From positions 248,001 through 312,000 of the forward strand of contig NIVC01000364.1 of the NCBI GenBank assembly GCA_002269645.1: a DNA stretch of 64,000 bases, read 5' to 3'. This DNA is from Macrostomum lignano. Lineage: Eukaryota. Positions within the stretch are counted from its first letter, which is position 1, and every line of letters begins with the position of its first letter. Below are positions 12,913-30,381 of the stretch, piece by piece. A program made the position numbers and the translations under genes. Under the pieces are notes generated by a model, which searched no databases, was not told the DNA's origin, and worked only from the letters and a program-made list of their open reading frames with translations.

Positions 12913-13777
12913 CAGTGTTGGGCACTTCCGTTACCGAGTAACTTGCAAATGGTAACGCAAGTTACTTTTTCGTAAAGCGTTCCTTACGCAAGTTACTTTT
13001 TTATTTTAGTAACGGAGTAACGGTAAGTTACTCAAATTTCAGAAGTCCGTTACAGTTACTTTGCAACAATCGCAATATTTAAATTTAAAACTGAAATGCT
13101 TAGCTATTACGCCGGTTGTCACATTTTTTTGCATTTTTCATTCCTAATTCAAAATTAAGTGAATAGTATCATTTGGTATTGCGCTTTAATTAATGAAGAA
13201 ATACTTAAAACATGTTTTGCTTAGTTATAATTTCAGTAAAATATTTTCGCCTTTCATTTTATTTTTCAATTTTTATTTCTCATTTTCAATTTACTAAAAA
13301 TTTTCAAGTTTGATTCAAACAAACAACCAAAGAAAGAAATTCGTCTGTAGCCTCCACAAGTCCCTCCACTGGCACTGCAGTACACTACACCATTTTATAC
13401 AGTTATTTATTTTACTCTATTGAATTATTGATATTCGTTTATTTTATCATTTATAATTTTAATTATTGATTGCCATTGCCCATCGGTCCTTCTACTTGCC
13501 TCACATCGTGTCGCCAATTGCTGTCTCTGTCTGTTAATCGGTTAATCCCAATGCCCAATGGCAAATTTCGGTAACAACAATGTAAAAAAATGCAATGTGA
13601 AAAAAGCAGAAAATTTTGTTAATAACATGGGTAACGGAAGTGAGTAACGGACAGTAACTTAAAAGTTACCGGGTTTTTGTCTAAAGTTACTAGGCTAACG
13701 TAAGTTACTTTTTAAAAATTGGTAACTTAAGTTACAGTAACGCAAGTTACTTTTTTTGAGTAACTTGCCCAACACTG
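12913..13777. mobile_element. Non-autonomous hAT-type DNA transposon (865 bp)
   Basis: 12-bp TIR CAGTGTTGGGCA...TGCCCAACACTG, perfect 8-bp TSD GCGGCAGA (12905-12912 and 13778-13785), subterminal GTAAC/GTTAC repeats, AT-rich noncoding interior. Confidence 0.92.
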
Positions 13778-14558
13778 GCGGCAGATGCCCCTTGGCCGAT
13801 GTGAGTTTTGCAAAAAATTCGATTTACTTTTTAGGTCACAATATAAATGACCTTTTGACCTTATAATGGGAGGATCGCGGACCTTTTAGTGGCCTCTGCA
13901 TGGCTGCGATTTAGATGCATTTTTTCCTTCCTTTCGTTTCCACTCTACCTCTGCCTCTTCTTTAATTCCTTTCTTTCTTCATTTCATTTTTTTCCAGTGG
14001 AGATTGGCGATGCCATTGCTGAGATGAACTTGCCTTCAGCTTCATGGCCCAAGCTCTTAGTCTTACACTTACATGTAATTTCAGCTATTTACTCAGTTAG
14101 CTGGTAAACTACTTTTATCAAGACTCAAGTGCAAATCCGCGATTTCCAAAATTAGTAGAGCATATGTGACAAAACGATGGGATTATCCATTCCTATTTAT
14201 TCTCCCAAAATCATGTATTGAAATAATAGCAGGACATGAATGCAAGGTTGAATTGACAATTAAGAGTTCGTACAACAACTGACTGCACTGAATCGTAGTA
14301 AGATTTTAAACATTTCTTTTAAAAAGCAACAACAGCGCGTTGGAAAGGGCGGGGAGACAAAAGCATGAAACTAGGAAAACAGCTATAACTAATACGCTTT
14401 TATCATTGGGCCAATACAGTTGATGAATGAAAAAAAATTTGCAGCTAAAAAGTAAAGCTGTACAAATTAAAATAAAAACGAAGTTATAGACTCGACTCAG
14501 TCTTGCAAAGAACAACATTGTAATTGTAAATCAGGCCAAAACAATTAACTCCTTTTTA

Positions 14559-15199
14559 CTACTCGAAAGCCTCCTTGTCGTACATAAACTCGCCCAGGCC
14601 GGTTCCGACCCGCTTCAGGTTGGTCACGTGATCGCCCAGCTCTTTGATGGCCTCAACCTGCTCCTGAAGGTATTCGGTCTCCAGGAAGTCGCACATTTGC
14701 GGATCGCCATGGCTGTCAGCCACTTTGTGCAGGTCCAGCAGGCTCTGCGTGGTTGATAAAATTAGGACATGACGTCATAGTTTAAAGTAACTACAGTATG
14801 TACTTTTAATATCTATATGAACGCTTCTATACTATGGTTATAGCTATAAAATAGAACCAGTATTTTTGCACATACCTGGTTAACCACCTTCTCCAGCTCA
14901 AGAGCGTCGGTGATAGCCTCAAGCATGCTGCCCCAAGTCTGCTTCACGGGCTTCTGGATGTCCTGAAGCACGATAGTGCCGCCGCGCATGTTCTGGTACT
15001 TCATCAGCTTCTCAGCGTGTTCGCGCTCCTCCTTGGAACTCTTGTTAAAGAATTCGGCGATGCCTTTCAGGGCAACGTCGTCGCGACTAAAGTGAAAGTA
15101 CATTGCTTGGTAAGTGTACGAGGCGTACAGTTCCATGTTGATTTGCTTGTTGACTCCGGCCTCGCAGTTCTCGTGGTAGTTCTGGCGAACTCGGCTCAT
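14559..15199 (-). CDS. FTH1: Cytosolic H-type ferritin, 169 aa; exons 15199-14876 and 14744-14559
   Basis: [54 protein letters not shown]|[36 protein letters not shown]. Ferroxidase residues present; phase-0 GT-AG intron. Confidence 0.97.
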
Positions 15200-15260
15200 T
15201 TTGTAGACTTTTCTAAGGTTGCTTTGAATATTAGGAACAGCAAAATATTCTAGCCGTATT

Positions 15261-15295
15261 TACTGAGGTTAGAGCTAGAAGTAGGGGCTTTTATG
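15261..15295 (-). promoter_or_regulatory. Ferritin core promoter: TATA-like CATAAAAG plus Inr TCAGTA
   Basis: Minus strand CATAAAAG (15295-15288) lies ~30 nt before TCAGTA (15266-15261), implying a TSS near 15264 and a 5' UTR of ~65 nt. Confidence 0.6.
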
Positions 15296-18200
15296 CATTA
15301 AAGTCTGTCTATGTGAAAGACGCATTGCAGCTCTTTCACCTACTATTCCCCGCTCTACTCCAATAACGTTTGAGGGATAGACTTGTTTTGCTCTTTCACA
15401 TTAAATGTGAAAGTTTCCTAATACACAAGTCACATGCTAGACGCCCAAGCAGACAACCCAACCTCCTTACCAGCGTGCGTACATTTGTAGTGTACGCATG
15501 GCATACCATTCATTTACTTTTGTAGATTCTGTTTGAATAGCAGATACTGAATATTCATATGCATTTGCATACAGTTTCAATAAGTTAATAATAAAACGCT
15601 GAGCAGTTTACATGTTTATACCTACTTCTATCAAGTCATTATCAAGTCAAGGTGGTCAGTCATTCAACTTTTTCATAGAAATTATTACAATCATAAAAAT
15701 GTGGTGGTATATCCATTACACATTTAAATGTGCATAAAATTTATGGATAAGTTTTTTATTTTTATTTTTATATTCTTATTTCTTCTTTGAAACTTTGAAC
15801 ATTATAAAATTGAAATTAGAAATTACCGCAATTCAAGCTTTTAAGTAAACGTGTGAACGAAACAATTAATATTATAGAAGTTGCAGAGATTTATAAACTG
15901 TGTTTAATCCAGAATCCACCCAGCAGATTTAAAAAAGCTTTCAAAATGTACAAGACACTGTACTTAAACTATATGAACTACTTTTCCAATTCAAATATGA
16001 TAGCTGTTACACATGTAACACAGGAGAATTAATGTCGCTGACATGTCAGGCTTGAAGTTAAAGTTAACAAAGTAAGGTTAAATTGGCATGCAGCCATGCA
16101 CAGGTTTTTATAATATCGCGTGAATAAATGAAAAAAGCCCGATATGGCGTATTTAATTGGATTGTCCTTACATGTACATTTAAGCATTACATTCCCTATC
16201 TAGCTCCAGCTTAAGGTTATATTTGCAGTGGAGCAACCAGAAATTTGTTGAGGGGGATTCTGGAGGGTAAAGAGTAAAGACCCAAGGGGGGCGGAGGTGG
16301 TGGCTCTGTATTTTGGCGAAAATGCGCTTGGCAAGCCCCCCTTGATTTTTTTCAGGTCTTTGCTCAAGGGGGGCTACTATAGCAATCTACAGTTGTTACA
16401 TATACATATACTTTGAAAAAACAAGACCTGATTAGAGTTCAGGGATGATGATCGATATTTCTAAAACTCTTGTGCCCACAATGAGTAAAAAGGGGCGAAT
16501 TCAACAGTACATGTACTTGATCAAAATCTCAGCCAAGATCGATCCTAAAACGTCTCTTTGCCCAGTAAAATTTCGTTTCGTTTGTTCTGTTTGGTATAAA
16601 GTTATGAAAGCGTTGATAGCAACTTAAAGCGAAAACTTATAAATTTTATAAACAAAGCGATAGTGGGCTAACAATTAGCATCTAACATGACAAATAATTA
16701 ACGCGCGAAGCTCTATGCAGAAGTTCTGATCTGTTAAAAAGTAAAGGTATAACAAAATTCTTTACACGAAACTTCTTACTGGCAAAATATGATTTTCTCA
16801 GGGCTTAAAGTAAAATGTTTACTTTATAAAAATTTTGGGGTGATTGGCTTTTTTTTCTAACAAGTGTACCTTTGAATGTACAGAAAAATTTGTTTTCTTA
16901 AAAATATCTTTTCAGATTGCTTATGCGGTACATCAGTAGTAATACCTTATTCGTATGTTATAGTAACAGTAAAATCATATATACAATAAATGTTGTTATG
17001 GTCTGAACTGTAAATCTTTCTGCAGTTTTTCATGGTAGGCCAGTCAGTTGTAAGAAATTAAATGTTAATATTATTGACCAGTCTGTCATCGAAGCTATAT
17101 ACTATAGCTATTTTGTTTCGTTTTTTATTACATTTATTAGATTTATACAGTACTTAGTTTTCGATTTAGAACTAATTACTAACGACCTGAACTTCCTGAA
17201 GGCTAACACTAAAGCAGAATTTTGTCCCATTATAATCTATCAAGATAACATATAATATGAATCTAGGCCTAGGGCACGGAATTTGAATGTTCTATTTTAG
17301 CCTTGGTTTGTTTTCTCATGACCCAAGTCAAGCTTAGAACTCAAACGAATGAGTGAATGAAGACAAGTAATACAGTTGATACATAATATAGAAACATGGC
17401 ACCAATGTCTTGTCTCAATGGCTAGGCCTTCATTCAAAGGAACAATTTACAATACTTGCTTGTTCAGTTATTATGACTATGTATAGAAGAAGCTTAATAA
17501 GTTATTTTGATTTTTGGATATAATCTAGTTAATAGCATTTTGCCACCATACCCCTGCTCTGTACCTCTGTAGCTATAGGCATAGCCATACTGTATTTTAC
17601 CATGCCATCTTTGTAACCACAATTTGTTATGTTTAAGATGGTCAAATCTCCTTAGACCTATATAAAATTTAACAAAATTAACAAAAACCTCTGCTTTCCA
17701 AAAGCAGAAAGTGAAACACATGAAACAAAATCAAAATTGATCAAAAAAAAAGCAAAAACTCTTTTAAATTTAGTGATTTGTTTAGTTTGGTATAACAAAT
17801 ATAGATGCATTTTATATGTATAGCTCATAGCTGATAATTTTAATTAGCCAAGAATATAGTTATAAAAAGTTAAAATAAAAATAGGTAATTTTACAAAAAA
17901 AGATTTATTAACAAATGTATATTATAATAGGAAATTACATAAGGTATTCTAAATCTCCATAATCTATTACCATAGTTACCACTAGTCAAGAACTCTAGCA
18001 ATCTATAACTACATTTTGTTTTAAAAAGTACTATCCCAATTTTTTATATCTATATAGTCTATAGCCATAATTATGATAGAATACTATTAGTTAACTATAG
18101 AATACTACTAGTTAAATAAATAGCAAGGTAACTTTGTCTTTAGTTTTGACTTTTTATCTTCAAATAAAATATTAGCTAATAAAACTAAGCCTAAGGCCTA

Positions 18201-20849
18201 GTTTCTTTTTTCATTGATATTATATTAAAATATTTCAAGTCTAATTTGTTTTTAAAAAATTAATTTGATAATTTCTTGTAATATAGAAACTAATTTAGAC
18301 AGTAAACATGGAACAATTTTTTATGCTTTAAATATTTTTATAATATAGAATGTTCACAAAAGTCTACTAGGCACTAGATTTAAAATTAAAATATAAAGTT
18401 TTATGCAATAAAAATAAATTCATAAAAATAATCTCTTTATAGCTATAAGCCTCAGAGTTTTCTTTTTCATCAGAGACAAGGTGCAAAATTGCACTTTATG
18501 CTCACTTTCAAGGTGCAATTTTAGGGCTTAGAGTGCAATTTCTTTTTTTTACTTAAAGGCAATGCAAATAAGGCTTCAATGAAAAAATAGGTTATGAGAC
18601 TGCACTTAAACCACATCTACTTTTTATTTTAGGGTGCAATTTTAAAATTTAGAATATATATAATGCATATTCTGTGCATAAAAAATAAACCTAGAATTAG
18701 GCATTATGCATAAAAATACAATTTTTTTATATAAATATATATGCTATACCCAAGATTGTTGAGTACATATTTGAATGTATACTAGAACCAAATACACAAT
18801 ATATACTAAATAAAATACACCCTAAAAATTCTAGTATAAATGATATCTTTTAAAGGGTCTATAAACTTTGTCAACTAGAAAATTGTTAGCCAGTAAGTTG
18901 CCACCAAAAAGTTGCAAGCTAGAAAGTTATTAGCTAAAAAAGTTGTCAGCTAGAAAATTGCTAGCCAAGGTTGCTAACCAGATTGCTAGCTAGAAGGTAA
19001 GAAGGTTAACACAAAGGACCATAGCATTTCTTTGCACATACTTTTGTCTTTTAGCTAGTGCTTCACTTGCTGGCTATTGCCATAAATGGCATCAGCTATT
19101 CCTAATGGTTGTTTTCTTTTATGAGTGCTTTTTGAGTGCTTTTAGTAGCTTAAATATCTATGGTGCATTTCACAAAAGTACTGTCTGTATATGGCAATGC
19201 CACACTTCAACCCACTTGTTTACTTAATGCTGGCCATTTAGAATACACTGGCAAATGTTCCATGAAGAGATTGGGAAGCAAGGGTAGTGTCTCTGTTCAT
19301 TAGGCATATGTCTGCCAATCCAGTTTTCTCAAAATAGTGAGTTATAATCTCCAGCTGCAGTGAAAAATCTACAAACATGATGAGCTCATCAAAGCTAGCA
19401 GCAATTCAGTTTTCTAGTATAAATGCCAAAGCAGGCAAATAGTGCAACCATAGAGACACCTCTTTATCCTGCTCTAGGTCACACTTCAAACCCTTCGACA
19501 TTGCTTTGTAAATAACACATTGTTTTAAATTTAAGGGGCATCCTGTCAGCTAACCTTGATAAACTTCCTAGATGGTATTAATTTGGCCTAGCTCAAAGTT
19601 GCAAAGCTGGCTTTCATAGCTGGCAGTGCCTGGCACTATATTTGGGGCCATTTGTCTGTGCTAGAATTCTAAAAAATCATGTGTATGTTGCCTGTATTTT
19701 GTCAGGTAGCAGATCATAGATTAAAGGCTAAACATGCTCATGTCTCACTATATGCACTACAAGCTGTTAGGCAAAAAATTGCAAAACAGTGTCAAAAGTA
19801 AAAAAATTTGGTGGCTTGCTGCCAAATAAAAATTCTATTTGCATTAGGTCTAGAATCATGCAAGAGAAAGCACTATCCATTCTGATATTGAAATTTGTCA
19901 GTTATCACAAGTTCCTCTAGTGACCTAGGTTGCATGGGCAAGTTCTAAGCATACTTGTAGACATTTTGCACCATTTTCTTTACTGTCATCTCTCTTGGGA
20001 TAGAGCTACTCCAGTGCAACTTTTGGTTAGAAACTTTCAGACTAGAAAAGTTCCTGCTCCCCTTCTAGAGTATAGTTTATACGTATCAGTTTCTAAACAT
20101 CTTTTAATATTGTTTAACTATTGTTAATGATTAACAAAGTTTATTAATCCAATATTATCATAGATAACTATCAATGAAATGATTAGAATCTATCTAAAAT
20201 GATAGAAAAGGAAAGCTCAAAATCAACATTTTATTTTATTTTCTAAAGCAACATGTTTTGGTTTGCATTACACATTATCAAGCAATTTATTAGCTGAAGT
20301 AAAATTGCAAAAATCAAAGTGACACAATTGTGACCTCAAATATATATATATATATATATTGAATGATTGGGCAAATAAGACAAAAGTATTAAAAAATAAG
20401 CATACATTACAAAAACTAGAATAGGGTTTTTTTCAGATGTGCAATAAAAAAAGAGAAGGTTTTAGAGAATTGTCACAAAATACATGTATATAGATGGTTG
20501 AAAGGGTGTTGCTTGCAGAGGAGAGGAGAGGAGAGGAGAGAGGAGAAAAACATGTACATTCCTTAGAGACCCTAAGTAAGTGTCCTGCACCACTTTGAAT
20601 GACGTAGCCCCAGTCAAAGCTTGTCACACTAGTATATAATCTATGGCTATATCTCCCACTCTACAGTTCCCTCAGTTGCATACCATCGTTAATATCCACC
20701 ACTCTGGCTTTTAATCTTGTACTAATATGCTTGCTCATCTTTGATCTTAAGCACTGAAATACATTCGCTTTGACAGCTTTGCCGATAGAGCTAATCTGTT
20801 GTTCTGGTCACCACAATAAACAAGTTGAATGTTCAGGCTTAGACTGAGT

Positions 20850-21168
20850 CATACATGCGCAACCTCTAAAATTCGGCCGGCCGTGCGACTTAGTTTTAAC
20901 AAAAATGCGACATAGTTTTTTGGCCAAAAATGCGACTTACATGTAAAAAAATCCTAAAGCAAAATTAATGCAACTTACCAACTTAACGCAACTTACCAAG
21001 GGTAAACGGCAGGAGTAGCTATGACTGTCTTATTAAGCCAAAATGCCTCGTCAGCTACTTAGTACTACTACTTGGGTTTTTTTGGGTGGGCATTTTTGCG
21101 ACTTCCTTGGTTGGCCGCCAAATCGGTCAGCCAGATCGGCCGACTCGGCCGACTGTTGCGCATATATG
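20850..21168. mobile_element. hAT-type MITE (319 bp)
   Basis: 14-bp TIR CATACATGCGCAAC / GTTGCGCATATATG (1 mismatch), perfect 8-bp TSD GACTGAGT (20842-20849, 21169-21176), internal GCGACTT repeats. Confidence 0.88.
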
Positions 21169-21176
21169 GACTGAGT

Positions 21177-21410
21177 TTCTTTATGTACACAGCATCTAAG
21201 ATACCAAGATTAAAAATCTGCATTTCCCTAATCAATTATGCAAAACAGGTCAATGAAGGGTTCATTATATCAAAACAATCTTTGCACACAAATAAATAGT
21301 CATTGATTGCCCTATTGCAGCCAAGGTCTAAATCGCATTGGACACCCCTCTTTCCTATTGGTTGTATATCTGCCCATTAGGGCAGGTGTAGTCAATTAAT
21401 TATTAATAAA
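21177..21410 (+). mobile_element. Decayed 3' end of a non-LTR retrotransposon (or related SINE)
   Basis: GTTGTATATCTGCCCATTAGGGCAGGTGTAGTCAATTAATTATT at 21361-21404 (stem-loop plus ATT-rich tail) matches the SINE 3' end at 4994-5040. Weak ORF2-like remnant (SKIPRLKICISLINYAKQVN) upstream. Confidence 0.45.
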
Positions 21411-21531
21411 CTATTTATATACTCAATGAGTAAAATGGACAGGAATGACCTCACGAAAGCTTGCAGAATTTTTTAATTTGTGCTTAAAAATATTCTAAAA
21501 TTCTAATAAATAGTGTAATAACAATTTATGC

Positions 21532-21911
21532 ATGATGGTGTGCATTCCCTGTGTCATCCTGGCAGTGACGCCATTTACTCTTGCATTTTTCCACTTTCTC
21601 CTGCTGCCTCTGTTTAAGAGCAAGGGGAAAGCACCTGACAACAACAACAAGGATGTTGAAAAAGAGAAACCAGAAGATACTGCCAATGAGAAGAATTTAG
21701 AGAAAGAAAAAGCCATTGAGAATGCACCGCCTGCACCTGTGAGTCTTTTAAAGAAATTATTTAAAATGCGCAACTGTTTTGTCAACGTGGCCAGAAATTT
21801 ACATTGCAGGCTGAAGTTGAAGAGACCACGCCAGACACCAATGATGCTGCTAATGATGCTGACAATGCTGATACTGCAGTGGATGACACCACACATGACA
21901 AGTCTGAATAA
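21532..21911 (+). CDS. Small membrane-anchored protein, C18orf32/UPF0729-like (~102 aa); exons 21532-21738 and 21810-21911
   Basis: N-terminus MMVCIPCVILAVTPFTLAFFHFLLLPLF resembles the recalled MVCIPC(I/V)..P hydrophobic start of C18orf32. 71-bp intron CCT|GTGAGT...TTGCAG|GCT in phase 0. Acidic tail AEVEETTPDTNDAANDADNADTAVDDTTHDKSE*. Confidence 0.65.
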
Positions 21912-22404
21912 CTGGACTCAACTGGCATTAAAACAAACTGAAAATTGACGCATTTTTGTTTTTAGAAAAAAAGCTTTTACTTTGATTTAGTTGGCTATAT
22001 TGATTTTTTTAATTGGCATTTTTTTAAAAACGATGTAAAATTTCCCGTATTTAAGTTGCTTTTTTTAGTTCAAGACTTGACCAGTCAAAAAAATAAATTG
22101 AGAAATCTTTGTTCCTACTTTACAATTGTATTTTTACATAAACTGGCTTAATAGTTCATTTATTGGTGTCATAATAAATTAAATTTATCTAATAGAAGTG
22201 TAATAGAAATACAGATTTTATTTAATTCATTGTAATAAACAGGAACATTAAAATTAATTATTTTCAGCTTCAGCAATTAGTGCTTAACGAAAGTAAAAAC
22301 AAGAAATCTACAAGTAGCAGACAAAACGAGGCAGGTAGCCCCTCATCAGAGCTTTCTTCGAGACCCGCCAGCAACTGGAAACCGGCTGAGGCCACTCTGA
22401 GCAA

Positions 22405-26532
<4,128 letters not shown>

Positions 26533-27601
26533 TACATTGTGTACTATTAGACCTAACTGTACTTAGCTGCGTGGGGTGAATGCTATTATTGATGTTAGTA
26601 CATCATGTACATTATAAAAAGGTTGCTAGGGAGGGGCAGAATGAGAGTGAACTTTAAAACAGCAATACAGGTGGATTAGATTAAGCTATACAGTTAAAGG
26701 TCGTGAAAGTTCTCGATCATTCGAGTATTCAAAGTTTTTTTAGACTCGGTTGGCATCGAAGTGTTTGTTTTTTAGTTTGCTTTTGTTTTTTGCGTTTTTA
26801 AATAAAACTGGATTTAGAAAAATGCAACAAGAACTCTTGCTTATTAAGAACGTTTCTCAATTCTCTGACTTGGAATTCACCGTGACAGATGCGCGCTGTT
26901 CTGCGGTTTTCAGTTGCTTTAAATTGGTTTGCCGTCTGCTTCTAGGCTAGGGTTAATTTGGTAAATGTGATTATTCTAGATCAGAATTATTGTTATTTAT
27001 AGTTTTTGCCTATTATTCAGCCAAGCTAGTGGATTGCTGCCTCTCAGTTTGCAACAATGCGCATATCCTTATATAAATATGAGTATAATATTATAATATA
27101 AATATATACTGAACTGTTGTTGTTTACACCGTAGAGATTGTACTATTGATTTCTATTTGACTATGGCTTATTAACAGTTTCTATGCAAATCATTTTTCTC
27201 CCCCTCCCACCCCTGTTTATTGTTGCAGATCTAAATATTTGCTTTTGGCTTCACAGTTTGCTTCTGCTGTTTCTCTTTTCTGTTGTCGCAAAAACTTTTG
27301 GTTATACTATGCGTTTCTGGCTACTTTAAGTAGCAGTCTAAGCTGGCTAGTTAGTCTGTTAGTCAGCGGGTTAAATGCCTGTTTTCGGGGTCGCTAATTG
27401 AATCAGTGTGGACAGTTTGGCAAATTGCCAAGAGAGCTTTGAAGCCCCATAGTTAGTAGCCTTATTAGGCCGTGCATAAGTCTGTAAAATTAATGTCAAA
27501 TCTCTTGTGATTTTATTTTCATTGCTTTATTGTTGCTTTCAAATTTAAGTTGAATTTCTGCTGTTACGCTTCTTTCGTGTTATACTACTCGTAATACGAG
27601 G

Positions 27602-28196
27602 CTAGGGGTGTCCGGAAAGTTCTGACAGTTTTAATCCCAGAGCACAGCTTTGGTGTCATTTTAAAGCGGCTTATCGAAACCAGTCGATACGTGGACTGCC
27701 TGCTGTGCGACGCTGAGGCGCCCGACACTGCCAACGGAGCGGACTTCTCTTCTTTCCAATGAATTCAGTCGCGTGTATTTTGGTCATTTCATTAAGCAGT
27801 TGTGTGAAAAACCACTCCGTCACTTGTAAGCAAATCTCACTGTTTAGCACCTTGCAAGATTTTGCTTAGTGAAGTGTTTTGATTTTTGTGATTATTGACA
27901 CCATCATAAGTGTGCAATTGGAAGAAGGCCGAAGGCACTTACTTAAAGGCATGTTGAGAAGGCTGCCTTGAAGCTTGATGATGATGATGATGATAAATGA
28001 CTAAAATTCGTTTCTTTGAGGACAAAATATCGCTTTTTATATTTTTTAAACTGTAAGACAGTTTTTTCACGCAGAACTTTTGAATGAAATAACCATAATA
28101 CACGCGACTGAATTCATTGCAAAGAAGTGCCGCTTTAAAATACACCAAAGTTGTGCTCTGGGATTGGAAGTGTCTGAACTTTCCGGACACCCCTAG
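27602..28196. mobile_element. Fold-back / MITE-like element with long inverted arms (Tc1/mariner-like ends)
   Basis: Ends CTAGGGGTGTCCGGAAAGTTC / GAACTTTCCGGACACCCCTAG; imperfect inversion extends ~70 bp. A second inverted pair at 27750-27812 vs 28064-28128 (AATGAATTCAGTCGCGTGTATT). TSD not clearly resolved. Confidence 0.85.
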
Positions 28197-28982
28197 TATA
28201 TTCTCGTCTAACCTGCATCCTATCCTCTGTGTGCACATTTCATTCTCAAATGGCCAGTGTGATACCTACATGTATAGCCGCGTATATTAGTAGGCTAATA
28301 TGCATGTAAATGTTAACAGAGTGCCGCTTATAGTTAGTATACTGCTGCTATTAAACTGCACCGCTAGCCCCCCCCCCCGATTCTCTGCACATTTATTAAA
28401 GGCAGCCGTTTGTCTTTGTTTTTAATCGATCCGATTATACCATAGCTTGTGCGCTGGGGAAGGCTCTGGTACCGCCAGCTTCTCTCTGTGTCTGCATCAG
28501 TTGCTGTGCTCTGTAACTTTAATTTATTTGCTGTTTTTTTAATCTTTTGTTTGTCAACTGAAGCTTACACCAGCCAACAACAATCCTACTGGCTCAAGTT
28601 AATGACAATAACCCTGCTTATGCTACCCTCTTAACTACTACAAAGCCGGCCTAAGTAATAAAGAATGAAAGATTGTCTTTGTTTGACACATCTGTATACT
28701 ACATGACAATATAAAATTATCTGCGTCATAATAGTTTCTGTTACACATGCTGTGTGTATTCATAGGCTGCGTTATTAAGTATATTATAATTGAAAAATAT
28801 CAGCTTGACAACTTCGTTTTTACCTGCTTCATTTTTTGTCAAAAAATAACGATCAGATGGGTCCATGAAAACGTTGATAACTTCAAAAGGTATGAAAAGG
28901 GCCAGAGTTAGTTGAGGCCAGACTGGTGACTTTCCCGTTGAAAACGATACCGTGACAAGTCAGAGTCATTGCAAACAACTCA

Positions 28983-29960
28983 CTTGTGACTCTAGCGACT
29001 CTAACGACTCAAACAATCGTAATGCGGCGGTGAGGCAACTGTCGAGTCACGCGCATCACGTGAGTTGCAGAAGAGTCGCGAAAGATACACTCAGATACAC
29101 TCTACGGCCCCAGTCATTAAACTGGTTTCGTTTCGACAATAAAATGCCTCAAATTGATTCTTAGGCGACTTGTACCGTGACATCTCTTCGTTTTAGAGTC
29201 ATTTCTTTCCTATTTTATCTGTTAACTGCAACGATTCTGTGGCGACACAAGTGACTGGGACGCTTCTTGGCCTAGATACCGTTTCGTAGGGTTTTCACTT
29301 TCTGTAGTGTATCGCCACGGCCACGTTTGGCTGTGTCTTTAGCATCGTCCATGGCGGAACTTCTGCTGGCTAATAAAAACTTCCTCTCTTCCCCAACTTA
29401 CACTGGGGAGCACACAAACTGTCATTGACAGATGAAAAATTTCGAACTCAGCAGGCAGACGTTGCCTTGCTCAAGCGAGCAGCACGTCGATTTTTAAAAA
29501 CGTCTTTTGCTTGCTTCTTCTGCCTCTGTTATCAGTTTTTCTCTGGGGAAGCTCCTTCGTGGAGCAATGGGTAATGATGGCGATGAAAGCGGTACCTAGG
29601 CCCAGAAGCGTCTCAGAACAGAAAAAATAGGAAAGAAGTGACTTTTAGACGACAATTTTACAGGTCGCCAAAAAGTTGCCTAAGAGTCAATTTGAGGCAT
29701 TTTCTGCGACTCTGGGGCCGTAGCGTCGTATCTGAGGTTTTGCTTGAGTCACTGAGTTGCGTCCAAAGCACATTTGCGTCACTTTATGAATTAGAATCGC
29801 ATTCATAACAACTCTTCTTGAAGAGTTATTGTAGTAAAAAGTTAGGCGTCAATACCACTCTTGGACGAATTTTCTCGAGACTCTTACAATTCTAAAACAA
29901 TTGACTCAACAGTTGCCTTTCCGTTGCAATAAAGTCGTTTGAGTCGGAAAAAGTCACAAG
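28983..29960. mobile_element. Probable decayed non-autonomous DNA element with GAGTC/GACTC subterminal motifs
   Basis: Nested inverted matches CTTGTGACT (28983) / AGTCACAAG (29952) and CGACTCAAAC (29005) / GTTTGAGTCG (29937). True termini and TSD not found. Confidence 0.45.
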
Positions 29961-30381
29961 AGTCCCCCCCCCCCCAGAGTTGATACGCTCGTAGAGTCAC
30001 TGAGTGACGTGTTTGCGATGGCACTTTTAGCGATTATTGGCACGGTAACATTGCCTGAATGCGCATCAGCTCGCATTCTCTTTGAAAGCCTCCGGAAATT
30101 GGCCTGCATTGCAAAGCGCGAGAAAAAAACAAAGAAAAAAGTTTTTTTAAGGAAACTTATTTATGAACCCAAACTTTATAAGGATTAACAAAATTGGATT
30201 AAGTTGGCTTATTTATTTATAGTATATAACTAATAATATTAAATTGCGATTGTGGGTAGGTGTAAAATGCGATTTTTTTCAAATTACAGAAATGCCACTA
30301 AATTAGTTATTAATAAACAGTACAGCATAAATGATAAACTTGTCAGCTGGCCGAATAAGGAAGGCTGCATGCTTGCTGGCC

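Noticed and set aside
16225-20600. Scattered degenerate repeats (GGTGCAATTTT at 18480-18640; GCTAGAAA at 18870-19000) and short ORFs in the AT-rich block
   Set aside because: Too decayed to define elements; no coding signature.
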